64,000 bases of DNA, taken from positions 40,359 to 104,358 of the forward strand of contig JABAQR010000001.1 of the NCBI GenBank assembly GCA_019187485.1, read 5' to 3'. This DNA is from Lysobacterales bacterium (GTDB lineage: Bacteria; Pseudomonadota; Gammaproteobacteria; Xanthomonadales; SZUA-5). Below, piece by piece: positions 50,141 to 60,758 of this stretch. The stretch's first letter is position 1, and every line of letters begins with the position of its first letter. The translations under genes and the position numbers were made by a program. Under the pieces are notes generated by a model that was not told the origin of the DNA, did not search any database, and worked only from the letters and a program-made list of their open reading frames with translations.

Positions 50141-51778
50141 GTGAGCGAACTCCCCGAAGACGAGCGTCCCTCGCCGCTGGCGCCGCTGTTCACGCCCGCG
50201 GAGGGCGAGGAACTGGCCATGCTGATGCTGTCCTTCGATGGGGGCATGCTCGATTACGGCGAGCTCGACGGCTTCCTGTCGGCGCTCGCGGTGGCGCCGC
50301 AGCCGACCACGCTGGAACGCTGGTGGAACGCGCTGTTCGGTCCGGAGCCCGAGTGGGAGACCGAACACGAACCGGTGCGCGCGAAGGCGCTGGTCGAGCG
50401 CTACTACGCGATGGTGCAGGCGCGCGTTGCGGTCGACCCCGTCGAACTCGGCGTCCATGCGATCCCGCCGCTGGAGAGCGTCGGCGAGAATCTGGACTGG
50501 GCCGACGACGCCGACGACGTCGAGGATCTCGCAAGCCCGGCGCACCAGCGTGGCAGGTCGCTCGCGACCTGCGGCGGTGCCCCCGGCATCGACGTCGGGA
50601 GCGTCGAGGATGAGGGCGGCGAGTTCGCCGCCGCCGATGAGGCCGTCGACGACGACGAGAGCGACGAGGACGCGTATGGCGGGCAGGAGATCGAATTCGG
50701 CTACGGCGAGACCTGGCTGTCCGGATTCCGCTATGCGCTCTCGCTGCAGGCCGACGACTGGCGCCGTGTGCTCGACGAGGAACCGGCGCTCGCGCGCTGG
50801 TTGCACGCGTTGTGGGTGGCCGCCGATGCGGCCCAGGGCGAGGGCGGGCCACTGGATGCATTGCCGGCGATGGCGCCCACCGCCGCGGCACCCGAGGATG
50901 CCGGCTTCCTGACGCTGGAAGCGGCGCTGCGCGAGCGTGCCGCGCAGGCCGAGGCGCTCGATCCGCTTGACGAGGACGCGCTGACGGTGTTGCTACCGCC
51001 GCTGCTGCACCAGTTGTGGAGGCGCCACCGCAGGCAGGCCGGTGTGGTGGCCGCGAAGATCGCGAGCGCCTTCGCGGACGGTCTGCTCGGCGTCCGCGAT
51101 TACGACGAGGACCGTCTGCACGAGTTGCTGCGCCAGCACGCGGGTGCCGACGGCATGAGCCTGGAGCGTCTCGACGGCTGGTGGTCGGCGCAGCGCGCCG
51201 CCGGTCTCGAAGTCTCGCCATGGGACAGCCTCGAACGCATCTTCGGCGGAGACAAGGTGTGGGAGGACGTCGCGGACGCGCGTGAGGTCATGAGTGAGCT
51301 GCTGATGCACTGGAATCGCCTTGGCGAGCGCCTGCAGCGCAAGCCGGATCCCGACGATCCGCTGTGCGACCCCTTCATCGACTATCCGGTCGGCGAAGAC
51401 CCATCCGCGCACCCGCAGCGTCCCTACGGACGGGAGTTCGCGCAGGGTTTCCTCGCCGCCGTGGGGGAATTTCCGCGTTCGGCGCAATTGCTGCTGATGG
51501 ATCCCGAGGCGAAGCACTGGCTGGCGCCTTTCGAAGCCCTCGCCCACGGCCGCAGTCTCGAGAAGAAAGGCAAGCGGCTCGATTACGAGGAACGCATGGG
51601 GTTGATCGCCGAGTTGCCCGAGTGCATCGCCGAGCTCGGGCGCTTCTGGACCGCCGGCAGCGGCACCCCGCGCCCACCCGTGCGCGTCGAGCCGCTACCC
51701 GGCCGCAACGATCCTTGTCCCTGCGGCAGCGGCCGCAAGTACAAGAAGTGCCACGGGGCGCCGGAGCGGCTGCACTGA
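50141..51778 (+). CDS. YecA/UPF0149-like protein with a C-terminal SEC-C metal-binding motif, unusually long
   Basis: UPF0149-like segments ([19 protein letters not shown].. and [16 protein letters not shown]..), an acidic central region, and a terminal [20 protein letters not shown]. Confidence 0.75.
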   Translation: MSELPEDERPSPLAPLFTPAEGEELAMLMLSFDGGMLDYGELDGFLSALAVAPQPTTLERWWNALFGPEPEWETEHEPVRAKALVERYYAMVQARVAVDPVELGVHAIPPLESVGENLDWADDADDVEDLASPAHQRGRSLATCGGAPGIDVGSVEDEGGEFAAADEAVDDDESDEDAYGGQEIEFGYGETWLSGFRYALSLQADDWRRVLDEEPALARWLHALWVAADAAQGEGGPLDALPAMAPTAAAPEDAGFLTLEAALRERAAQAEALDPLDEDALTVLLPPLLHQLWRRHRRQAGVVAAKIASAFADGLLGVRDYDEDRLHELLRQHAGADGMSLERLDGWWSAQRAAGLEVSPWDSLERIFGGDKVWEDVADAREVMSELLMHWNRLGERLQRKPDPDDPLCDPFIDYPVGEDPSAHPQRPYGREFAQGFLAAVGEFPRSAQLLLMDPEAKHWLAPFEALAHGRSLEKKGKRLDYEERMGLIAELPECIAELGRFWTAGSGTPRPPVRVEPLPGRNDPCPCGSGRKYKKCHGAPERLH

Positions 51779-51791
51779 CGGTGCCGGTATG

Positions 51792-51847
51792 GGTTGATGG
51801 TGCTGGATTCGCAGCCCATGCGCGTGGATCCAGCACCCACATCAACC
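51792..51847. terminator. Long hairpin between convergent genes (17 bp with a 3-nt bulge)
   Basis: GGTTGATG-GTGCTGGAT at 51792-51808 pairs with ATCCAGCAC-CCA-CATCAACC at 51828-51847. The arms are G/T-rich versus C/A-rich. Confidence 0.5.
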
Positions 51848-51890
51848 ACCAACACCAAGGCAATCGCCGCCCCCGACGGTGACCGCGGCT

Positions 51891-54062
51891 TCAGCCCTTC
51901 GGTTCCAGCCCGCGGCGCTTCAGCAGCGGCTCGATGGACGGTTCGCGACCGGCGAAGTCCTGGTACTGCTGCATCTGCGGCTTGGTGTCGCCGCGCGAGA
52001 GCACGAGGTCGCGGAAGCGCGCGCCGTTCTCGGGCTTGAGGCCGCCGTTGGCCTGGAACCAGGCGTTGGCGTCGGCGTCGAGCACCTCGCTCCACAGGTA
52101 GCTGTAGTAGCCGGCGCCGTAGCCGCCCGGCCAGATGTGGGCGAAGTAGCTGCTGCGGTAGCGCGGCGGCACCGGGGCGAAGTCGACCTGGTACTTGGCC
52201 AGGGTGTCGCGCTCGAAGGCCTGCGCGTCGGCGATGACCGCGCCGGCCGGCTGCAGATGCCACTCCATGTCGAGCAGCGCGGCGCCGAGGTATTCCATCG
52301 TGGCGAAACCCTGGTTGAACTTGCCGGCGGCCTCGATCTTGGCGATCAGTTCCTCCGGGATCGGCTCGCCGGTCTGGTAGTGCTTGGCGTAGTTGCGCAG
52401 CACCTTCGGGTCGAGCGTCCAGTTCTCGTTCCACTGCGAGGGGAACTCGACGAAATCGCGCGGCACATTGGTGCCGGTCAGCAGCGGATAACGCACGTTC
52501 GAGAACAGCCCGTGCAGCGCGTGGCCGAACTCGTGGAACAGGGTGTTGGTGTCGTCGAAGCTGAGCAGCGTGGGCTCGCCGGCCGGCGGCTTGGGCACGT
52601 TCAGCACGTTGACGATGACCGGCTTGGTGCCGAGCAGGCCGGCCTGGTCGACGAAGCTGTCCATCCAGGCGCCGCCGCGCTTGGCGGCGCGCGCGTAGTA
52701 GTCGGCGTAGAACAGGCCGAGCGTGGACCCATCGGCATTGAACACCTCGAACACGCGCACGTCCGGGTGGTAGACCGGCAGGTCCTTGCGTTCCTTGACG
52801 GTGATCCCGAAGAGCTGGTTCGCGGCGTAGAACACGCCGTCGTTGAGCACACGTTCGAGCTCGAAGTAGGGGCGCACCGCAGCGTCGTCGAGGTCGTACT
52901 CGGCCTTGCGCACCTTTTCGGCGTAATAGGCCCAGTCCCAGGGCTCGAGCTGGAAGCCACCGCCCTCGGCATCGATCATCGCCTGCAGCTTGGCGGCCTC
53001 GGCCTCGGCATTGGCGCGCGCGGCCGGCACCAGGCCGGTCATCATCGCCATCGCCTTTTCCGGCGCCTGCGCCATCTGCGATTCCAGGGTGTAAGCGGCG
53101 TGGTTCGGCGCACCCAGCAGCGCGGCGCGCTCGGCGCGCAGCTTGGCGATCTCGACGATCAGCTGGTTGGTGTCGTTCTCGTTGCCCTGGTTGCCGCGCA
53201 TCGACGAGGCCTTGTACAGGCGCTCGCGCACTGCGCGGTTCTTCAGGTTGGTCAGCGCCGGCTGGCCCGTGGGCAGCTGCAGCGCGATCACCCACTTGCC
53301 TTCCAGGCCGCGCTCCTTGGCGGTTTCGGCAGCGGCGGCGATGTCGCCCGGCGACAGGCCATCGAGTTCCTCGGCGCTGTCGACGATGAGCGCGCTGGCA
53401 TTGGTGTCCTTCAGCAACTGCTCCTGGAAGGTGGTCTGCAGCGAGGACAGCTTCTCGTTCAGGCCACGCAGCTGGGCCTTCTGTTCCTCACCCAGGGTGG
53501 CGCCGCCGCGCACGAAGTTCTGATGGTAGCGCTCGATCAGGCGCACCGATTCGGCGTCCAGGCCCAGGGTGTCGCGGGTGTCGTAGAGCGCCTGGATGCG
53601 CGCGAACAGGCGGCCGTCGAGCAGGATCGCGTCCTGGTGCTGCGCCAGCTTCGGCGCCACCTCGGCCTGGACCTTCTGGATCGTCTCGTTGGTGTTCGAC
53701 TCGGTCAGGTTGAAGAACACCTTGGCCACGCGGTACAGCACAGCGCCGGAGCGCTCCATCGCCTCGATGGTATTGGCGAAGGTGGCCGGCTCGGTCTGCG
53801 CGGCGATCGCCTCGATCTCCGCGCGGTGCTGCTTCATGCCTTCCTCGAAGGCCGGCAGGTAGTGCTCGTCCTTGATCTGGTCGAAGTGCGGCGCCTGCAG
53901 CGGCAGCGTGCTCTGGGTCAGGAACGGGTTGGCGGCAGCGGCCGGCGTGGCCGGCGCCTGGGTGGCGGCAGCGTCTTTGGGAGCCATGGTGGTGTCGGTC
54001 GCAGGTTCGGAACAGGCGGCGAGGGCGCTGACGATCAGCGCGGCGAGCAGGGTCTTGCGCAT
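51891..54062 (-). CDS. dcp: M3-family peptidyl-dipeptidase (Dcp), lipoprotein signal
   Basis: MRKTLLAALIVSALAAC has a lipobox. The zinc motif is TLFHEFGHALHG. The track ORF 51891..54197 was trimmed. Confidence 0.9.
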   Translation of the reverse strand: MRKTLLAALIVSALAACSEPATDTTMAPKDAAATQAPATPAAAANPFLTQSTLPLQAPHFDQIKDEHYLPAFEEGMKQHRAEIEAIAAQTEPATFANTIEAMERSGAVLYRVAKVFFNLTESNTNETIQKVQAEVAPKLAQHQDAILLDGRLFARIQALYDTRDTLGLDAESVRLIERYHQNFVRGGATLGEEQKAQLRGLNEKLSSLQTTFQEQLLKDTNASALIVDSAEELDGLSPGDIAAAAETAKERGLEGKWVIALQLPTGQPALTNLKNRAVRERLYKASSMRGNQGNENDTNQLIVEIAKLRAERAALLGAPNHAAYTLESQMAQAPEKAMAMMTGLVPAARANAEAEAAKLQAMIDAEGGGFQLEPWDWAYYAEKVRKAEYDLDDAAVRPYFELERVLNDGVFYAANQLFGITVKERKDLPVYHPDVRVFEVFNADGSTLGLFYADYYARAAKRGGAWMDSFVDQAGLLGTKPVIVNVLNVPKPPAGEPTLLSFDDTNTLFHEFGHALHGLFSNVRYPLLTGTNVPRDFVEFPSQWNENWTLDPKVLRNYAKHYQTGEPIPEELIAKIEAAGKFNQGFATMEYLGAALLDMEWHLQPAGAVIADAQAFERDTLAKYQVDFAPVPPRYRSSYFAHIWPGGYGAGYYSYLWSEVLDADANAWFQANGGLKPENGARFRDLVLSRGDTKPQMQQYQDFAGREPSIEPLLKRRGLEPKG

Positions 54063-54262
54063 GGAGGCATGGGCGGGCGAAAGCGGGGCTCGGATGCTAG
54101 CCCGGATGTTCCGTGAAGTCGCGAGGAAATGGCCCGGTTTCGTTGTGGCGACGCGGAAAACCGCCAACTCCCCGCGCTGGCGGAGCGCACGCACCATTGC
54201 TCCGTACCCGGAATCCGGAACGCACGACTATCCTCCAAGGTCCATCACCATGATCGCGCGAC

Positions 54263-54961
54263 ATGCCCCAGCTTCTGCTCGTCCGCCATGGTCAGGCGGG
54301 TGCGACGACCGCCAACTACGATGAGCTTTCGCCGCTCGGGCACACCCAGTCGGCGCGGCTCGGGGAATGGCTGGCGGCGCATCGGCGCGAGTTCACGGCG
54401 GTCTATGTCGGCGGCCTGCGGCGCCAGCGCGAGACCCTCGCCGGCATCGCCGACGCCTACGCGCGGGCGGGGCTCGCGTTACCGTCGGGTGAGGAGTTGC
54501 CGGAACTGGACGAGTTCCGTTTCGTCGAACTGGTGCGCGCTTTCGCGAACGCGCAGCCCGACCACCCCGACCTGCTGCGCTGGCAGGCGGCCCCGGATGA
54601 CCGCGGCCACTGGCCGACGCTGCTGCGCTCGACGCTGCACGCCTGGGCCGCAGGTACGGTGACCGAGGTCGGTGAGGACTACGCGGCCTTCCGCGCCCGC
54701 ATCGCCCGGGCACGCGAGCGCCTGCAATGGCAACTGGAAATCGGGCCGGTGCTGGCGGTGAGTTCGGCAGGCGTCATCAGCCATTTCCTGCAAGACGTGC
54801 TCGGCCTGTCGACCGACGCCACCATCGACATCAACCTTGGCTACGCCAACACCGGCCTGTCCGAGTACCGCCTGACCCGCGCCGGCCTCAAGCTGGCGCA
54901 GTGGAACGCCTTGCCGCACCTGAGCGCGCCGCAGGATCGCGAACTGGTGACACTGGTCTGA
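54263..54961 (+). CDS. Histidine phosphatase family protein (phosphoglycerate-mutase-like)
   Basis: The LLLVRHGQA catalytic RHG motif sits at the N-terminus. The length is about 230 aa. Confidence 0.8.
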   Translation: MPQLLLVRHGQAGATTANYDELSPLGHTQSARLGEWLAAHRREFTAVYVGGLRRQRETLAGIADAYARAGLALPSGEELPELDEFRFVELVRAFANAQPDHPDLLRWQAAPDDRGHWPTLLRSTLHAWAAGTVTEVGEDYAAFRARIARARERLQWQLEIGPVLAVSSAGVISHFLQDVLGLSTDATIDINLGYANTGLSEYRLTRAGLKLAQWNALPHLSAPQDRELVTLV

Positions 54962-55039
54962 ACCGCGCAACCTGGTTGTGCCGGCGGGCCGCACGGATGC
55001 GAGCAGCGCGGGCGCTCCCGCGCCGCTCACCACGACGGC

Positions 55040-56092
55040 TCAGAGGGTGTGCGGTCGCGGCACCTGCGGTGCCTGCATCGGATGCGCTCCCGGTGCGGCC
55101 GGCGGCGCGGGCGGTTCAGGCGGTTCAGGCGGTTCAGGCGGTGCCGGCGGCAGCCTGAAGGCGTGCTTCTCGGGCACGCGCACGGTTACTCGTTGCGCGG
55201 CGCGTTCGCGCTGCAACAGCAGTTCGACGCGCTCGCCGGAATCCTGGTTGGCGAGCTCGCGCATCGCCGCGCGCGGGTTCTCGACCGCCTTGCCGGCGAC
55301 CTCGAGGATCACATCGCCGGGCTCGATGCCCTGGTAGCGCTCCGGATCGACTTCGAGCACGAGCGCACCCCTGGCGACGCCGAAATAGCGCGCGAGGCCG
55401 GGATTCAGCGAGACCAGGCGCAAGCCGCCCATGCCGATCATCGACAGCATGTCGAGACGGTTGCCGACGCCCTCGCCGACACGGCGCTCGATGATCGCCT
55501 CGATGCGCTCGCCCATGTCTTCGAGTGCGCTCCAGTCGCCGACGAAGTCCGCATCGTCGAAGACGAAGGCCTTCGCTTCCGGTCCGCCGAAGAAGGCGAC
55601 GCTGCCCTGGCGCTCCGCGGTCAGTTGCGCGGTCTGCTCGCGACCGTCGCGGCGATAGACGATCGCGACCTGGTCGCCGGCCTTGAGGTCCTTCAGGGCC
55701 TCGCGCAGCGCCTGCAGCGGGCGCTCGCCGGCGAGACGCGCGCCGCGCACGGCGACGATGGTGTCGCCGGCGCGCAGGCCGGCCTTGTCGGCCGGGCCGT
55801 CGGGGGTGACGCCACCGACCCCGACGCCATCGCTGCCGCCGTCGGCAAGGATCACGCCGATCACCGCGCGATCCGGGTTGCCGAGGTAACGGAACATCTG
55901 CACGCGCGCTGAATCGTCGCCGATCTGGGCAGAGAGTTCGGCGACGCGCCGGCCGACCTCGGCCAACTGGCGCTTGGCCTGCGCGAGGTCGCGCCGCAAC
56001 TGCTCGCCGTCGGCATCGGCGTTCTGCGCCGCGACACCGCCGGCGCAGGCCAGCGCCAGCGCGACGCACAGGCTCTTGAGGGTGTGGGACAT
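55040..56092 (-). CDS. Periplasmic protein with a coiled coil, two PDZ domains and a Pro-rich tail; no protease domain recognised
   Basis: Signal peptide MSHTLKSLCVALALACAGGVAA. PDZ-like segments are GVTPDGPADKAGLRAGDTIVAV and VDPERYQGIEPGDVILEVAGKAV. The tail reads PPAPPEPPEPPEPPAPP. Confidence 0.8.
   Translation of the reverse strand: MSHTLKSLCVALALACAGGVAAQNADADGEQLRRDLAQAKRQLAEVGRRVAELSAQIGDDSARVQMFRYLGNPDRAVIGVILADGGSDGVGVGGVTPDGPADKAGLRAGDTIVAVRGARLAGERPLQALREALKDLKAGDQVAIVYRRDGREQTAQLTAERQGSVAFFGGPEAKAFVFDDADFVGDWSALEDMGERIEAIIERRVGEGVGNRLDMLSMIGMGGLRLVSLNPGLARYFGVARGALVLEVDPERYQGIEPGDVILEVAGKAVENPRAAMRELANQDSGERVELLLQRERAAQRVTVRVPEKHAFRLPPAPPEPPEPPEPPAPPAAPGAHPMQAPQVPRPHTL
55111..55137. 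repeat. Coding 9-bp tandem repeat GCGGTTCAG x3
   Basis: Counted directly. It encodes the (PEP)3 part of the Pro-rich tail of the PDZ protein on the minus strand. Confidence 0.9.
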
Positions 56093-56183
56093 CGTTTGCC
56101 GCTCCTGGATTCGGGGGTGTGCCTGGGTTGCCGGCGAGCCGGCTCGATATCGACGTCGATCCATCGACGCCTCCGCTGCTGTG

Positions 56184-56699
56184 TCAGTCCAGGCGGGCCT
56201 GCAGCAGCAGCGGACCGGTGTCCGTTTGCGAGGCGGTGCGCAGTTCTTCCAGCAGGCGCACGCGCTCCCGCCACAAGGCTTCAGTCTGGCCGTCGGCCGC
56301 GAGACCGACGTCGATCAGCGCGAGATCGCCCTCGATCGCGCGCTCCCATTCGTACTGCGCCTCGGCGAGTTCGACGCCGTTCGCGCGCAGCGCGCGGATC
56401 TGCGCCTCCAGCGCCTGCGAGCGCCGCATCAGGGCCGCCAGTTGTGGCGCGCTCGCGACCGCCTGCGGTGTGGGCCGCGCCGGTGGCGGCAGTGGCGCGC
56501 GCTGCAACTGCGGCAGCACCAGCACCGCGACGAGGCCGGCGGCGAGCGCCAGCCACCCCGGCGACGCCCGTCGCGATGCACGGGGCGGCTGCGACCGGCG
56601 CAGGCGCGCGCGCAACTCGCTCCAGCCGGCCGCCGGTGGCGATTCCAGCGGCAGGGCGGCGAGGCGCTCGCTCAGCAGGGCATCGTCGCGGGATTCCAT
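56184..56699 (-). CDS. Putative anti-sigma factor / membrane protein
   Basis: It has a single TM helix (WLALAAGLVAVLVL) and a coiled-coil C-terminus. It lies directly downstream of the ECF sigma gene and overlaps it by 28 nt. Confidence 0.6.
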   Translation of the reverse strand: MESRDDALLSERLAALPLESPPAAGWSELRARLRRSQPPRASRRASPGWLALAAGLVAVLVLPQLQRAPLPPPARPTPQAVASAPQLAALMRRSQALEAQIRALRANGVELAEAQYEWERAIEGDLALIDVGLAADGQTEALWRERVRLLEELRTASQTDTGPLLLQARLD

Positions 56700-57250
56700 G
56701 TCGCATCCTCCTGATCCAGCAGGTCGCGCAGACGCGCGCCGGCGCGCGCCACCTGCGACTTCGAGAAACTCACGGTGCGGTCGAAGGACTGCGCAATTTC
56801 CTCATGCGTGTAGCCCTCGACGTGGTACAGCCAGAGCACCGCGCGCGACAGCGCCGGCAAGCGCCCGAGCGCGCGCTTGAGGTCTTGCGCGCAGACCATC
56901 GCCAACGGATCCGGCCCGCCGTCGGCGGTGTGGTCGAGCATCGGCGCATCCAGTTCATCCAGCGGTCGGCGGCCGCGCAGGCGCATCAACGCGGCGTTGA
57001 CGACGATGCTGCGCAGCCAGGACCAGAACGGCGCCTCGGCGCGGAAGGACGCGATCTGCTCGAAGACCTTCAGGAAACTGTCCTGCAGCAGATCGTAGGC
57101 CTCTGCCTCGTTGCCGAGCAGGCGCAGCGCGAGCGTGTACACCGGGCGGTCGAACAGCCGGTAGACCTGCTCGAAGGCGTCGAGGTCGCGCCGCTTCAGG
57201 CGCGCGACCAGCAGCTCCGGGACATCGATGGCGAAGGACGAGGTGCTCAC
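56672..57250 (-). CDS. ECF-type RNA polymerase sigma factor (sigma-24 family)
   Basis: Region 2 (FEQVYRLFDRPVYTLALRLLGNEAEAYDLLQDSFLKVF) and region 4 (LPALSRAVLWLYHVEGYTHEEIAQSF..SKSQVARAGARLRDLL). Confidence 0.88.
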   Translation of the reverse strand: MSTSSFAIDVPELLVARLKRRDLDAFEQVYRLFDRPVYTLALRLLGNEAEAYDLLQDSFLKVFEQIASFRAEAPFWSWLRSIVVNAALMRLRGRRPLDELDAPMLDHTADGGPDPLAMVCAQDLKRALGRLPALSRAVLWLYHVEGYTHEEIAQSFDRTVSFSKSQVARAGARLRDLLDQEDATWNPATMPC

Positions 57251-57424
57251 GGCATCTCAGGATGCGCCCGACCGCGAGCACGTCGCAGTACCGGTGCTCG
57301 CGTTGCGAAGAGTTGCAAATGAGGCGGTCGTGGAGTTCCGGTGCGGCTCATCCCCGCGTGTGTCTTGACACCCTCTCCGCCTCCCCCGAGCCTCGCTCTC
57401 CCGACTGCGCTCCACCGTGATCGC

Positions 57425-58213
57425 ATGCGCATCATCACCCTCAACCTCAATGGTCTGCGTGCGGCGGCGCGCAAGGGCGTGCTGCCCTGGCTGGCGGCCC
57501 AGGACGCGGACGCCATCGCGTTGCAGGAAACGCGCTTGCAGGAGCCCGAGCGGGCGGCCGAGGATTTCGGTATTCCCGGCTACACCGGCTATTTCCTCGA
57601 CGCCCAGGCCAAGGGTTACAGCGGCGTCGCGCTGTATCTGCCGCAGCGGCCACAGCACTTCGTCACCGGCATCGGACTGACTGAGTTCGATGCCGAGGGA
57701 CGCTGGCTGCAAGCCGATTTCGGCGAGTTGTCGATCATCTCGCTGTACCTGCCGTCGGGCTCTTCGGGCGAGCACCGCCAGGCCGCCAAGTTCCGTGCGA
57801 TGGACGCATTGCGCGTGCGCCTGGACGCCCTCAGAAGCGACGGTCGGCGCTACATCGTGTGCGGCGACTGGAACATTGCGCACCGCGCCATCGATCTGAA
57901 GAACTGGCGCGGCAACCAGAAGAACTCGGGCTTCCTTCCGGAAGAACGCGCCTGGATGGAGGATCTGCTGGTGCGCGACCGCTGGGTGGACACCCATCGC
58001 CAGCTCAGACCGGATGCCGCCGAGTACACCTGGTGGAGCAACCGTGGGCAGGCCTGGGCGAAGGACGTCGGCTGGCGTATCGACTACCAGATCGCCTCGC
58101 CGAATCTTGCCGGTGCTGCACGCACCGTACGCGTCCACCGCGCCGAGCGGTTTTCCGACCACGCACCGCTGATCGTCGACTACGAACTCCCACGCCTGCG
58201 GCCCCCACGCTGA
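57425..58213 (+). CDS. xth: Exodeoxyribonuclease III (AP endonuclease family 1)
   Basis: MRIITLNLNGLRAA..DADAIALQETR..CGDWNIAH..FSDHAPLIVDY. The track ORF 57341..58213 was trimmed. Confidence 0.9.
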   Translation: MRIITLNLNGLRAAARKGVLPWLAAQDADAIALQETRLQEPERAAEDFGIPGYTGYFLDAQAKGYSGVALYLPQRPQHFVTGIGLTEFDAEGRWLQADFGELSIISLYLPSGSSGEHRQAAKFRAMDALRVRLDALRSDGRRYIVCGDWNIAHRAIDLKNWRGNQKNSGFLPEERAWMEDLLVRDRWVDTHRQLRPDAAEYTWWSNRGQAWAKDVGWRIDYQIASPNLAGAARTVRVHRAERFSDHAPLIVDYELPRLRPPR

Positions 58214-58280
58214 AACCCTTGCGTCCATTCAGGCCTTCGGCCACGATGGCGCCGCTGGATCCGACCGACGAGGGCAAGCG

Positions 58281-58748
58281 ATGTGGCAATGGCTCAAGCG
58301 CCTGTTCAGCCCAGGTGCCGCCCCCGCGGAACCCGCACCCCAGGTCTGGAACTTCCGCATCAAGGGCGGCCGCGCGGAGATCGGTGCGGTCAACGATGCG
58401 CTGGAGCGCGCGGCGATGGCCGGCGAGGTGCCCGAAGCAGCGATGCGCGCGATGCAGGTGGCGCTCGACGAGCTGCTGACCAACGCGATCACGCACGGTT
58501 CGGTCAGCCTCAACGATCCGATGCAGGTGGACCTGATCATCCACAAGAGCGCACTGCGCGCGATGATCAGCCACGCCGGCCCCGCCTTCGACCCCACCGA
58601 AGTCGCCGCACCCGACCTCGAGGGTAGCCTGCAGGACCGCCAGATCGGTGGTCTCGGCATTCACCTGGTGCGCTCGATGATGGATGAGTTCAGCTACGAG
58701 CACGCCGACGGGCGCAATGTGCTGAAGCTGGGGAAACGCTTCAAGTAG
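58281..58748 (+). CDS. RsbW/SpoIIAB-like anti-sigma regulatory Ser kinase (HATPase_c_2)
   Basis: N-box-like (ALDELLTNAITHG) and G-box-like (GGLGIHLVRSMMDEFSYE). I found no STAS or PP2C partner in the window. Confidence 0.7.
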   Translation: MWQWLKRLFSPGAAPAEPAPQVWNFRIKGGRAEIGAVNDALERAAMAGEVPEAAMRAMQVALDELLTNAITHGSVSLNDPMQVDLIIHKSALRAMISHAGPAFDPTEVAAPDLEGSLQDRQIGGLGIHLVRSMMDEFSYEHADGRNVLKLGKRFK

Positions 58749-58848
58749 CCTGCTTCCTGGTCGACGCGGGGCAAGCACGACTCCAGCCACTCGCAACCTT
58801 TCCTTGCCGCACCGGGAACACGCCCCGTAAACTCCCGCGCCCTGCGGC

Positions 58849-58923
<75 letters not shown>

Positions 58924-58937
58924 TCCTTCGAGAAGCT

Positions 58938-59023
58938 GGAAAAAGGGAAAGGGAAAAAGGAAAAAGGGACTTGCGTCCCGGTGGCGCGCCTTCCCCTTTT
59001 TCCTTTTTCCCTTTCCTTTTTCC
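58938..59023. repeat. Hairpin element 'F': 32-nt all-purine arm and all-pyrimidine arm
   Basis: Left arm 58938-58969 is GGAAAAAGGGAAAGGGAAAAAGGAAAAAGGGA. The reverse complement of right arm 58992-59023 is GGAAAAAGGAAAGGGAAAAAGGAAAAAGGGGA, differing only by a shifted G. The 22-nt loop contains a GGGAC-TTGC-GTCCC mini-hairpin. The element starts 14 nt after the tRNA-Lys and ends 13 nt before the trpS ATG. Confidence 0.92.
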
Positions 59024-59036
59024 TGACCCGCTCCCG

Positions 59037-60368
<1,332 letters not shown>

Positions 60369-60390
60369 TGGGCTGGGGGCGGGCGCGCTG

Positions 60391-60669
60391 ATGGCCGCGT
60401 TCGTCGGCGTGCTCCTGCTCGCGCCGCTGCTCGCGGTGCTGCTCGGCATCTACCACTACGCTGCCACCCGCGCCGCGCGCACGCCGGCGCAACGCCGCCA
60501 CGACCGGTGGGTGGCGGCCATCGCCAGCGTCCTCACCGTGCTCGCCGCGGTGCTGGCCTTCCACACCGCGCCGAGCGCGCGCGGCCCGATCTGGCCACAG
60601 GTCTATGCCGTGCTGGGCGGATTCTTCGCGATGCTGCTGGCGCTCGGCCTGGGCTGGCGGCGGCGCTGA
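60391..60669 (+). CDS. Small membrane protein (3 predicted TM helices), unknown function
   Basis: A 92-aa track ORF with strong third-position GC and hydrophobic segments. Confidence 0.55.
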   Translation: MAAFVGVLLLAPLLAVLLGIYHYAATRAARTPAQRRHDRWVAAIASVLTVLAAVLAFHTAPSARGPIWPQVYAVLGGFFAMLLALGLGWRRR

Positions 60670-60758
60670 GCGCGCTGGAAAGCCTTAGTCCCGCTCCGGT
60701 GCTCCGAGCGGAAACAGCGGCCGGAAGGGGCGCGCCTCGTCCACGCAGTGCGCGAAGG

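Noticed and set aside
51792-51847. Whether the hairpin between the yecA-like gene and dcp belongs to the tandem-repeat-arm family
   Set aside because: The arms are strand-asymmetric (G/T-rich versus C/A-rich), but I cannot resolve a clear repeating unit. I annotated it only as a probable bidirectional terminator.
58766-58810. A mini hairpin, GCGGGGCAAG..CTTGCCGC, upstream of tRNA-Lys that resembles one heptad of the B/C arms
   Set aside because: The stem is only about 8-9 bp with one bulge and a single repeat unit. That is indistinguishable from chance or from a promoter-region feature.
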